Below the pieces are notes generated by a model. That model had not been told where the DNA came from and made no database searches. It saw nothing but the letters and a program-made list of their open reading frames with translations. Both the position numbers and the translations under genes were made by a program. DNA of 64,000 nt from an uncultured Bdellovibrionales bacterium (GTDB taxonomy: Bacteria; Bdellovibrionota_C; UBA2361; SZUA-149; CALKYB01). Shown here piece after piece: positions 48,287 to 57,068 of the stretch. Numbering within the stretch: position 1 is the first letter of the stretch; every line of letters starts with the position of its first letter. The stretch covers positions 8,184 to 72,183 of the forward strand of contig CAZECN010000007.1 in NCBI GenBank assembly GCA_964510575.1. Reading direction: 5' to 3'.

Positions 48287-49656
48287 AAAAACAAACTCAG
48301 GTTACAATCGTAGGAGCAGGGCTTTCAGGACTATCTCTGGCCTACAGACTTCAGCAGGCCGGCGTAAGCTGCCTACTAGTTGAAAAAAAGCAGCTAGCTG
48401 GAGGAGTTATAGAGTCTGAAGCAGCTGGGGATTTCTTAATTGAGAATGGCCCAAACTCAGCAATGATCAAAGCTGAAATGGCAACGCTGATTTCCGATCT
48501 TGAACTCGAAGAGAAAGTTTTAAGACCTAAACAAACAGCCAAGAAAAGATACATTGCTAGAAGAAAACCAGTCGGGGGATTTAGACTAGACCCTGTGCCC
48601 TTTAAACCAATGGACCTGGTCTCCTCTCAATTACTTTCAGCCGCAGCTAAACTTAGGCTAATGGCGGCTGTCCTACCGCGAAGACACAAATTGGAAGACG
48701 AGTCCGTTCAACGCTTCATGTCTCGTCACTTCGGTGAAGAATTTACAAATACAGTAGTAGCTGCAGGACTCAGTGGAGTTTGGGCTGCCGATATTACTAA
48801 ACTTAGTGCGAGAAGCGCTCTTCCAACTTTGTGGCAACTAGAGAAAGAATATCACTCACTGTTTCTGGGACTGGCTAAAACTCTAGGGAAAAATAAAAAG
48901 AAGAAAAAAAATAGAATTGGAAGTTTCCATGGTGGACTTATCACTCTAATTGAAACTTTAAGTTCTCAAATAGATGAAAAATGGATGAAGACCGAAATAA
49001 CTGGTCTTAGCAAACAAAATGATAAGTGGCTTGTTGAAACAAGTGATGGACGTAAAGCCCTATCCGATTACCTAGTTTTAACCACCCCGGCTGCAGCAAC
49101 CTCACGTTTATTGAAAGATATCGACCTAGAACTTAGTAGGGACATAGCTAGTATTCCTCATGCCTCAGTCGGCGTCATGCAACTTAGCTATCCCAAGCAA
49201 GCCGTTTCAGAACCTCTTGACGGCTTTGGTGCCCTACTTCCGCCTAGCGAAAAACTTGCATTAATGGGCGCAATATTTAGTTCAAGCATTTTCGAAGGAA
49301 GAAGTCCTAATGATCAACATCTTCTCACTTGCTTCTCTGGAGGTGCACACTTACCTGAGGCAGCTGAGATAGAAGAAACTAAGTGGCAAGAGCAGGTCAT
49401 TGGTGAACTGAATCAATTGATAGGATCAGAAACTAAACCTAAAATTCTCAAAGCAAAAGTATGGAAAGACGCGATTCCTAACTACCCCTTGGGACACCAT
49501 AAACTAGTTGAATCAATAAATCGCATCGAGGAAAATAATTCTGGTCTTCTTTTTTGCTCAAACTGGCTACGTGGCATCAGTCTTAATGACCGAGTTTTAG
49601 AGAGCACTAAAGTTACTGAACGAATAGTTGAGAGCTTGCCAAGCAGGCTTTCTTAA
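48277..49656 (+). CDS. hemY: FAD-dependent protoporphyrinogen/coproporphyrinogen oxidase (HemY type)
   Basis: Dinucleotide-binding VTIVGAGLSGLSLAYRL...VEKK at the N-terminus. ~460 aa. Follows hemE with overlap. Confidence 0.8.
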   Translation: MEVKKQTQVTIVGAGLSGLSLAYRLQQAGVSCLLVEKKQLAGGVIESEAAGDFLIENGPNSAMIKAEMATLISDLELEEKVLRPKQTAKKRYIARRKPVGGFRLDPVPFKPMDLVSSQLLSAAAKLRLMAAVLPRRHKLEDESVQRFMSRHFGEEFTNTVVAAGLSGVWAADITKLSARSALPTLWQLEKEYHSLFLGLAKTLGKNKKKKKNRIGSFHGGLITLIETLSSQIDEKWMKTEITGLSKQNDKWLVETSDGRKALSDYLVLTTPAAATSRLLKDIDLELSRDIASIPHASVGVMQLSYPKQAVSEPLDGFGALLPPSEKLALMGAIFSSSIFEGRSPNDQHLLTCFSGGAHLPEAAEIEETKWQEQVIGELNQLIGSETKPKILKAKVWKDAIPNYPLGHHKLVESINRIEENNSGLLFCSNWLRGISLNDRVLESTKVTERIVESLPSRLS

Positions 49657-49672
49657 CAAAGGAAAAGGGAAC

Positions 49673-50209
49673 ATGGTTAAACCTGATCATTGGATAAGAA
49701 AATGGGGTAGTGAAGGAGGAGTTGAACCTTTCAATCCTGAAAACGTCAACCCTGCAAGCTATGATATCACACTAGGAGACCATTGGATCTGTCCGACTAG
49801 AGACCCTGAAGAGTTCCATGCCAAGGAGCTAGTTCTATTCCCTAGTGAAGTCGTACTCGCTACTACAGCCGAAGTCATTGCGCTACCAAGAGATGTTGTT
49901 GGGGACTTAAAACTTAAAAGCTCCTTGGGACGACTTTGGTTAAACCATAGTCTTAGCGGCTGGATTGATTGTAACTTCCAAGGTCAAGTCACACTCGAAC
50001 TTCAAAATCTCGGCCCCTATCCTAGAAGACTAGCCACAGGAATGAGAGTTGCCCAAATTGTGTTCTATCAAATGGAAACTCCCCCTGAAGTTGCCTACGG
50101 AGAAAAGGGAACGGGCCATTATCAGGGCCAAAGAGGAACAACTAGGGCTTGGTCAGAAGAGTTTTTTCCTGCACTTAGACATTCTCCTCGGGAAAAACCT
50201 GAAAAATAG
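49673..50209 (+). CDS. dcd: dCTP deaminase / dUTPase-superfamily protein
   Basis: NPASYDITLG, GWIDCNFQGQVTLELQN, YQGQRG. ATG 49673 follows AAAGGGA. Confidence 0.8.
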   Translation: MVKPDHWIRKWGSEGGVEPFNPENVNPASYDITLGDHWICPTRDPEEFHAKELVLFPSEVVLATTAEVIALPRDVVGDLKLKSSLGRLWLNHSLSGWIDCNFQGQVTLELQNLGPYPRRLATGMRVAQIVFYQMETPPEVAYGEKGTGHYQGQRGTTRAWSEEFFPALRHSPREKPEK

Positions 50210-50344
50210 TTTCAACCTCGAATAGATTCCGCCTGCTAAGACCTGCTTCAAACAGCATAGTTATTGCTATTTTTTGAAGCAATCTGCTCTCTGAGCAGGA
50301 TTAGAGATTGTAAGCGGTAAGAACAAGAATGAAGGAACAATATC

Positions 50345-50431
50345 ATGGCAAGTAAAGTAGCATTTTTCGCATTTATGACTGGATTGGGAATGGTTATGGG
50401 AAAACTTTCACACTTGGCAACGATTCTATAG
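50345..50431 (+). CDS. 28-aa hydrophobic peptide, paralogue 1 (MASKVAFFAFMTGLGMVMGKLSHLATIL)
   Basis: ATG 8 nt after GAAGGA. Same length and shared GKLSHL(A/S)T motif as the ORF at 50637-50723, with mostly synonymous differences in that motif. Absent from the supplied ORF track because of its size. Confidence 0.55.
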   Translation: MASKVAFFAFMTGLGMVMGKLSHLATIL

Positions 50432-50636
50432 CTCCAAGATTGTCGAAGAATAAACCCCTTCACAGATTAAAACCAAAAAATAACCAATAAAATTTAATTT
50501 TTTTCGAATTAAATTGATAATTCAGACAGGTTTGAACTAATTCAAACAGATTACTACAGCTCCTTTTTTGAAGCATTAAAGGGCTTTATCCTGATTAGAT
50601 AGTGTAAGCGGTAACACAAATCAAGGATATTTAAAT

Positions 50637-50723
50637 ATGCAAATCAAATTCTTTCTAGTTTCAATTATGTTCCTCGGCGGTATGATTCTTGGAAAACTAT
50701 CTCACCTCTCAACATTCATCTAA
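50637..50723 (+). CDS. 28-aa hydrophobic peptide, paralogue 2 (MQIKFFLVSIMFLGGMILGKLSHLSTFI)
   Basis: ATG after AAGGA. A conserved leader lies upstream (50564-50614 vs 50270-50320). See paralogue 1. Confidence 0.55.
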   Translation: MQIKFFLVSIMFLGGMILGKLSHLSTFI

Positions 50724-50733
50724 ATCGAAAGAA

Positions 50734-52716
50734 CTAAACTAGGCTATCTCTTTGATAAGAACCCGCTGAAACTTCAGAAGGTAGAAGAGAAATAGGTAAT
50801 TCAAAAAACTCACAAATTGCCCTAAAAGCAATTAACTCACCCTCATTTATACGACCATCCTCGGTGATAGTCTCAAGACAAGATTTAACCAGAGTCTCTC
50901 TTGAATCAAAAGAAGCGCCAGACAAAACCTCTAAGCTAGATCTAAACTCATCTAGCGACTTTCCCTTCTCGATATAATCACCTGCCAATTCGGCATATGA
51001 CGCTCCTTTCTTCCAGGCTCCGGCTGCCTTTTGTGAATCTTCCGGGTGAGCGAATCTTGCCAAAACAGATAATAATTCGGCTAACGCTTTGTCATCAGAG
51101 CTTGGAACTATGTTTACCTCAGAGGCCTGGCTCTGAGGGGGACCTGGCTCCACCCGTCTTTCAATTATCATCTCAATTATCCAAGCTAGGAAATTCTGAT
51201 CAGACGAGTCCTGCAAAAGTTCTCTGCAATTTTTAATAATCTGCAAGCGCTCATCCTGAGGCAAGTCAGCGATAGTTTCTACTATTAAATCTACCAGAGG
51301 GAGTCGGAGACTCACGGCGAATCCTCTGATTTCCTGATAAGAAGAAATAAAAACTTTTCGCTCAGACTCCGATAAAAATGAGGGCAACTCTGCCTGCTCT
51401 CTAGCACCAGTTTCTACTAAATCAAGAAAAAGAATTGCATAGAGAACTGCCGGAGCTTTATCATTATCAATATAAGCATCTTTTAGGGAGGCACTTAGGT
51501 GCTCCCTAATCGCAGCTGCGTAACAAAGAGAATCAAAGGTCAAACTACCTATCGCAAGACCTAGCGCCTCTTTACTCAAACCAAAAACCTCTACTGGCTC
51601 AAATGCTTTAGTCTTTCCAGAAGGAGAAAACTCTTCAAACAAATCCTTACCCTTACCTTCTGGGCGTTCTAAAGTCCTAACTACTCGTGGGAAAGACTCA
51701 TGAAAATAAGGATCGAGACTCTTAATTCGCTTTACTAAGGGCGGGTGAGTACTAAACCAACCTGATTCACTTTTGCTTACGCCATTTGCGAAATAAAAGT
51801 GACTGAGTTCTTCAGCCCAGTATTGCTTCATTCTAGAACCAGCATGCCAGCCACCAATCTTCTTTAGTGCTCCAGCTAAACCTTCGGGGTTTCTAGTAGC
51901 TTGGACTGCAAAAGCATCAGCTCTAAATTCCCTCGTCCTAGAAATCGCACACTTAATTAAATTTGCCAGTGGCAAGCCAAAACTTGCTGCTGTTAAAGCT
52001 GGGACAAAAATATAATAGAGCCATCTAGTATATTCATCCCTAAGCTTGATTTGAACTTCCCAAAGAAAAATATAGCCATTTAGAATTGCAAGCATTACAC
52101 AATTCAACCGAGTATCCCCTGAAACAAGGTGGCTAAATTCATGAGCCACCAGACCTTGAAGCTCATCCCTATCTAAAAGGTCGATGGCTCCTCTAGTCAC
52201 AATCACTGCAGCATCTCTAGGATCCGTCGCGAAGGCAAAACCGTTAATACCTCTTTGATGCTCCAGAATATAACAACCTGGCACTGGTATGCCTGAGGCA
52301 ATTGCCATCTCTTCTACAATATTTTGAAACTGTTGCTCACCAAAACTTTCACTACCTTTTTTTTCTTGATTCCCCCCTCTCCTAACCGGCCTTCCTCCAA
52401 GGTACATAGTGGCATAACGATGGGAGCCTTCTCTAAATTGTTTAAACTTTAATATAGCAGCAGAAAGTAAAAAAACTATTGTTCCAATAACAACAAACTG
52501 GAAAAGAAGGGGGTTAAGCCACTCAAATCCCATGGACTCGGCAGCTTGACCGGCATTTTTATGGAACCTAAGTCTCGATGCAAAAAGAACGAAATTCCAA
52601 ATTACTTGCAAAACAAAATAGGTAAAAAATATATAAGCTACACTAGATAAGGAAAAGAAAATCGCCAAAAGCGCGGTTTTTCGTCTGGCCCTCCTCTGTA
52701 CTTTGAAAAACTCCAT
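50734..52716 (-). CDS. M48-family zinc metallopeptidase with N-terminal TM region and ~330-aa C-terminal extension
   Basis: HEXXH motif in LVAHEFSHLVSGD, a downstream Glu ligand region, and N-terminal TM helices. The C-terminal end shows a TerB-like pattern (ITEDGRINEGELIAFRAICEFFELP). Confidence 0.8.
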   Translation of the reverse strand: MEFFKVQRRARRKTALLAIFFSLSSVAYIFFTYFVLQVIWNFVLFASRLRFHKNAGQAAESMGFEWLNPLLFQFVVIGTIVFLLSAAILKFKQFREGSHRYATMYLGGRPVRRGGNQEKKGSESFGEQQFQNIVEEMAIASGIPVPGCYILEHQRGINGFAFATDPRDAAVIVTRGAIDLLDRDELQGLVAHEFSHLVSGDTRLNCVMLAILNGYIFLWEVQIKLRDEYTRWLYYIFVPALTAASFGLPLANLIKCAISRTREFRADAFAVQATRNPEGLAGALKKIGGWHAGSRMKQYWAEELSHFYFANGVSKSESGWFSTHPPLVKRIKSLDPYFHESFPRVVRTLERPEGKGKDLFEEFSPSGKTKAFEPVEVFGLSKEALGLAIGSLTFDSLCYAAAIREHLSASLKDAYIDNDKAPAVLYAILFLDLVETGAREQAELPSFLSESERKVFISSYQEIRGFAVSLRLPLVDLIVETIADLPQDERLQIIKNCRELLQDSSDQNFLAWIIEMIIERRVEPGPPQSQASEVNIVPSSDDKALAELLSVLARFAHPEDSQKAAGAWKKGASYAELAGDYIEKGKSLDEFRSSLEVLSGASFDSRETLVKSCLETITEDGRINEGELIAFRAICEFFELPISLLPSEVSAGSYQRDSLV

Positions 52717-52810
52717 TCCCTAATATATACCTTGTCTATTTTAAACTCTGGCTATTTTCTGTACCCGTCGTGAAGGGGTATAAACATTGCGTAGCACTCC
52801 CTGACAACAA

Positions 52811-52871
52811 ATATACTGAAACCTCATGGAAATATTTGCCAAACACGGAATCTAAACTAGTTTCAGTATAT
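52811..52871. repeat. palindromic element (gaaac subfamily)
   Basis: Perfect 12-bp stem atatactgaaac / gtttcagtatat with a 37-nt loop ...gccaaacacggaatctaaacta. Confidence 0.85.
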
Positions 52872-52951
52872 ATTTGTTTACACCAAGACTGTTTGATTTT
52901 ACCTTCTGCTTGAAGCTATCTCCATGCTAACAGCAACTCTTCGTTGAACCT

Positions 52952-53764
52952 ATGAAAACTTTTCTAACTAACGACGACGGAATTCAGTCACCACTACTCA
53001 AACCCTTCTTAGACACACTAAAAAGTGCAGATTTTTTCTCTGAACTGAAATTTGTAATACCCGATGGAGAGCGAAGCTGGGTATCTCAAGCTGCCAGCCG
53101 TTTTGGTTCAATAGAAGCAAAAAAACATTCTCTCTCTGGAGTTGAGGGATTTCTTTGCTCTGGAACCCCTGCAGATTGTAGTTATCTGGGAATTGACAAT
53201 TTGTTCGACTTTCAACCTGAGCTGGTAATCTCTGGCATCAACATTGGTGTTAATGCTGGTCTACCCTACTATCTATCCTCTGGAACAGTTGGCGCAGCCA
53301 GAGCAGGCGCTTTGAGAGGAATTCCCTCAATTGCAGTTTCTGCACACCTTCCGAGTGAAATATTTATGATTTGGCACAAAGGGGATCCAGACGATTTTAA
53401 AAAACTTAGCTCAAAAGTTGAACGCCTATCTGAGAATGCTTTTCAAACAATAAAAGGTCTGATTCAGCAAGGGCTAGCTAGCGAAGCAGACTTTTATTCG
53501 ATCAACCTTCCATGGAATGAAGCAGACGATCTTGAGCTAAGGTTTACTGAAATGGAGGCTGGAAAACTCGGGCAAGTCTTTCTTCCAAACGAAGATGGCT
53601 CTTTTCGCCATGATTTTCAGGGTACATACGATGAACAATTACTAAAATATGGGGATATGTCGACAGTCAAAAGCGGACACATATCAATTACTCCATACAC
53701 CTATAGGAACGGCATGAGTCACCAAACTAACTCAATTAAACCTGGCGATTTGTTACTTTGCTAA
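52952..53764 (+). CDS. surE: 5'/3'-nucleotidase SurE
   Basis: N-terminal LTNDDGIQSP and GINIGVN motifs. Confidence 0.9.
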   Translation: MKTFLTNDDGIQSPLLKPFLDTLKSADFFSELKFVIPDGERSWVSQAASRFGSIEAKKHSLSGVEGFLCSGTPADCSYLGIDNLFDFQPELVISGINIGVNAGLPYYLSSGTVGAARAGALRGIPSIAVSAHLPSEIFMIWHKGDPDDFKKLSSKVERLSENAFQTIKGLIQQGLASEADFYSINLPWNEADDLELRFTEMEAGKLGQVFLPNEDGSFRHDFQGTYDEQLLKYGDMSTVKSGHISITPYTYRNGMSHQTNSIKPGDLLLC

Positions 53765-53774
53765 AAGATTTTAC

Positions 53775-54254
53775 TTACTCATCTCCAAGACGAAAGTAAT
53801 TGATCAAAGCATAGAGTGGTTTGGAAAGAAGATGAAAAATAAAAAACATTAAAAAAGACCAACAAGCAAAGTTAACCTGATTAAATCCACAACTCATTCC
53901 AATTGCTGCAGTCATCCAAATCATAGCCCCGGTGGTGATACCTTCGATCTTGTCTCGAGTTTTAAAAATGACCCCACCACCCAAAAAACCGATACCAGTT
54001 ACAATACCCGCCGCAACTCTAGTCACGTCATAAGGCAAACCATTTACGCTGGCCCCCGCGGCAGCCACTGAAAGTGAAGAAAACATGCAGCTGCCCAAAC
54101 TAATAACCGCAAAGGTTCGAATCGAAGCTACTTTCTGTTTAATCTCGCGCTCGGCTCCTAGAAGCGTTCCCAACAAGCCCGCTACAAGCATTTGCTTCAC
54201 ATAAAGGGGGATTGTAACCATTATCCCCATCACCTCGAACACACTATCTTCCAT
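53775..54254 (-). CDS. MgtC/SapB family membrane protein
   Basis: 159 aa with LLGAEREIKQKVASIRTFAVISLGS and four to five TM segments typical of the MgtC domain. Confidence 0.8.
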   Translation of the reverse strand: MEDSVFEVMGIMVTIPLYVKQMLVAGLLGTLLGAEREIKQKVASIRTFAVISLGSCMFSSLSVAAAGASVNGLPYDVTRVAAGIVTGIGFLGGGVIFKTRDKIEGITTGAMIWMTAAIGMSCGFNQVNFACWSFLMFFIFHLLSKPLYALINYFRLGDE

Positions 54255-54348
54255 TTAAATCACCGTGGAGACCATATTGAGGTCAATCGCCTCATATTTA
54301 TGTCAATATTTTCAAATACTTAGTAAATGCACTGAAATTTTCATCAAG

Positions 54349-54357
54349 TGCTATAAT
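54349..54357 (+). promoter_or_regulatory. possible extended -10 promoter element upstream of clpS
   Basis: TGcTATAAT lies 67 nt upstream of the clpS ATG. There is no convincing -35 element. Confidence 0.3.
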
Positions 54358-54423
54358 ATTAATAGACAACAGGCCGCTAGCTCAAGAACTAATCAGCCGG
54401 CCATTTTTTAGGAGAAGAACACG

Positions 54424-54738
54424 ATGGGAGACTGGGAACCGGACAGCCAAGGGGAAACCTTGACGGCGGTGGACCATGAAACTAAAGAGCCGCCGATGTA
54501 TAAGGTGGTGCTACTAAACGATGACTATACCACGATGGATTTCGTCGTATTAGTATTGAAAGAAGTCTTTAGAAAATCTGAGCCAGAGGCTGAACAGATA
54601 ATGCTCGAGATTCATTCCAATGGTTCTGGCATGGCTGGGGTCTTCACCAAAGACATCGCCGAAACTAAAATCAGTCGGACCCATCAACTGGCCCGGCAAA
54701 ATGAATACCCATTAAAGTGTAGTCTAGAAAAGGCATAG
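54424..54738 (+). CDS. clpS: ATP-dependent Clp protease adaptor ClpS
   Basis: PPMYKVVLLNDDYTTMDFVVLVL signature. Upstream of clpA. Confidence 0.95.
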   Translation: MGDWEPDSQGETLTAVDHETKEPPMYKVVLLNDDYTTMDFVVLVLKEVFRKSEPEAEQIMLEIHSNGSGMAGVFTKDIAETKISRTHQLARQNEYPLKCSLEKA

Positions 54739-54745
54739 TTTAAAA

Positions 54746-57043
54746 ATGTTTGATCAAGAAGCTGAAAATTCGATTATCCGTGCAGCAAGAGTTGCATCAT
54801 CATGGCGGCATGAATTTATTTGCGTCGAACATCTCCTTTACGCTCTATTAGAAGATGCCAGTATCATCGAGTTGATGGTTGAATGTGATGTTGAGTGCAG
54901 TGAGCTCAGAAATACGCTTGAGGATTTCTTCACTTTAAAGCTCGAAAGTCTACCCAAAGACGCATTGATTGACCCAGGCCAGTCTTTAGGATTTCAGCGT
55001 GTTTTACAAAGAGCTATCCTACATAACCAGTATTCCAGCGCTGAGGAGATTTCATCTGGAGATTTACTAGCTGCCTTATTTACAGAATCCGAAAGTCATG
55101 CTGTTCATTTCTTAAAAATGCAGGGACTTTCGCGTCTAGATATCCTAGAGAGTATTTCACACGAAGAATCAATCGAAGAGCTACAGGAGTTCGTTGACTT
55201 TGATGAAGAATCGGAAGATGAACTCAGCCGTAGCAAGGAAGAGAACCCGCTCAAACAATACACTGTAAATCTCAATAAAAAAGCTGAAGATGGCAAGCTC
55301 GATCCTCTCATTGGCAGAGACAAGGAACTTCAAAGAGCAATCCAGATTCTTTGCAGAAGAAGCAAAAATAACCCCCTTTTCGTTGGTGACCAAGGAGTAG
55401 GAAAGACTGCTCTTGTTGAGGGTCTTGCTGGAAGAATTGTAGAAGGTAAAGTTCCTAGTAAATTAAAAGATCTACAAATATTTTCTCTAGATCTTGGATC
55501 TCTCTTGGCTGGAACAAGATATCGAGGAGATTTTGAAAAACGTCTTAAAGGAGTGGTTAAATGTCTGGAAAAGATTGAACATTCAGTTCTGTTTATAGAT
55601 GAAATTCATACTTTAGTTGGAGCTGGCTCCACCTCTGGAAGCTCTGTTGACGCAGCCAATCTATTAAAGCCTGCCTTATCTTCAAACTCTTTTCGATGCA
55701 TCGGAAGCACCACTTTTGAAGAATATAAAAATAATTTTAGTAAAGACCCTGCTCTATCCAGAAGATTCTTAAAAATTGACGTTAAAGAGCCTAGCGTGGA
55801 GGAAACCATCGAAATTCTCAAAGGACTTAAGTGCCACTATGAGGATCATCATTCTGTAACTTATGAAGAAAAAGCCCTGGTCAGAGCCGCTGAGCTTTCC
55901 AAGAAGCATCTTATTGACCAGTTCCTTCCAGATAAAGCCATAGACGTAATCGATGAAGCAGGGGCTGTAAAAGCACTGGGGAAAAAGGAGTCCGACAGTA
56001 ATCTGATTGTCTCAGCTGAAAATGTCGAACAAGTCATCGCAACCATGGCAAGAATTCCAGCTGCTACTGTCTCAAGTTCGGAAAAAGACAAACTCTCACA
56101 GCTTGGCACTCGACTTCGCCAAGTAGTCTTTGGGCAAGATGAAGCTCTGACCGGGGTAGTTAAAGCTATAAAGCGTTCCCGAGCTGGTTTAGGACGAGAG
56201 AAAAAGCCTGTTGGCTCTTTCCTTTTCGCTGGACCAACTGGAGTTGGAAAAACTGAAGTTGCGAGACAATTAGCTTCAGTACTTGGGCTAGAACTAATCC
56301 GCTTCGACATGAGTGAGTATATGGAGAAGCACTCGGTTAGCCGCCTGGTAGGCGCACCTCCTGGCTACGTGGGCTACGATCAGGGAGGCCTATTGACTGA
56401 CGCCGTTACTAGAAATCCACATTCCATTCTTCTACTGGATGAAATTGAAAAGGCTCATCCTGATATTTACAATATTCTCCTTCAAGTAATGGATAATGCC
56501 TCTCTAACTGATACCAACGGCAGACAAGCTGATTTTAGTAATGTCATTTTAATCATGACTTCCAACGTAGGCTCTGAAGGATTCTACGGTAAGCCAATTG
56601 GATTTTCTGGAAAAGCGCATAGCACCAACAACGCAGCTCTAGAAAAGACCTTTAGGCCAGAGTTCAGAAATAGGTTGGACATGATTGCCAAATTTAATGG
56701 CCTTAATGAAGAAACCATTCATAGAGTAATCGATAAGTTTATTACTGAGATTGACACTCAGCTCCTTGAAAAGAACGTTAGTGTTATTCTTTCCTCTGAG
56801 GCAAGAAACTGGCTTGCTGAAAACGGGTTTGATCCCCGTTATGGAGCCCGCTCCGTACAAAGGGTTATTCAGCAGCAGATCTCTGACCCCCTCGCAGAAG
56901 AACTTCTTTTTGGTGCATTGGAAAACGGTGGTACGGCACGTATTGAAGTCAAAGACAGCAAACTTTTCATCAAAAGTGAGCCTTCCAAACGTAAAAAGAA
57001 AACCTCTGGAGCCCCTGATTCTGACAAAGCACTGGTAAAGTAA
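54746..57043 (+). CDS. clpA: ATP-dependent Clp protease ATP-binding subunit ClpA
   Basis: Clp N-domain and two AAA+ modules (GDQGVGKTA, GPTGVGKTE). The 765-aa length with no middle coiled-coil fits ClpA. Confidence 0.95.
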   Translation: MFDQEAENSIIRAARVASSWRHEFICVEHLLYALLEDASIIELMVECDVECSELRNTLEDFFTLKLESLPKDALIDPGQSLGFQRVLQRAILHNQYSSAEEISSGDLLAALFTESESHAVHFLKMQGLSRLDILESISHEESIEELQEFVDFDEESEDELSRSKEENPLKQYTVNLNKKAEDGKLDPLIGRDKELQRAIQILCRRSKNNPLFVGDQGVGKTALVEGLAGRIVEGKVPSKLKDLQIFSLDLGSLLAGTRYRGDFEKRLKGVVKCLEKIEHSVLFIDEIHTLVGAGSTSGSSVDAANLLKPALSSNSFRCIGSTTFEEYKNNFSKDPALSRRFLKIDVKEPSVEETIEILKGLKCHYEDHHSVTYEEKALVRAAELSKKHLIDQFLPDKAIDVIDEAGAVKALGKKESDSNLIVSAENVEQVIATMARIPAATVSSSEKDKLSQLGTRLRQVVFGQDEALTGVVKAIKRSRAGLGREKKPVGSFLFAGPTGVGKTEVARQLASVLGLELIRFDMSEYMEKHSVSRLVGAPPGYVGYDQGGLLTDAVTRNPHSILLLDEIEKAHPDIYNILLQVMDNASLTDTNGRQADFSNVILIMTSNVGSEGFYGKPIGFSGKAHSTNNAALEKTFRPEFRNRLDMIAKFNGLNEETIHRVIDKFITEIDTQLLEKNVSVILSSEARNWLAENGFDPRYGARSVQRVIQQQISDPLAEELLFGALENGGTARIEVKDSKLFIKSEPSKRKKKTSGAPDSDKALVK

Positions 57044-57068
57044 GCCTTGCTGACGTAAGTTCGGACTC

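Noticed and set aside
48890-48915. A-rich run encoding GKNKKKKKNR inside hemY, as a possible slippery or frameshift site.
   Set aside because: The reading frame continues uninterrupted with good HemY similarity on both sides. It looks like a lysine-rich surface loop.
50248-50463. 71-aa ORF on the minus strand from the supplied track.
   Set aside because: It lies antisense to the better-supported 28-codon plus-strand ORF and its leader. It has no RBS and no paralogue at the second copy.
54375-54408. Hairpin ggccg...cggcc followed by ATTTTTT in the clpS 5' region, as a possible attenuator.
   Set aside because: The stem is only 5 bp and the loop about 20 nt, which is too weak to support a call.
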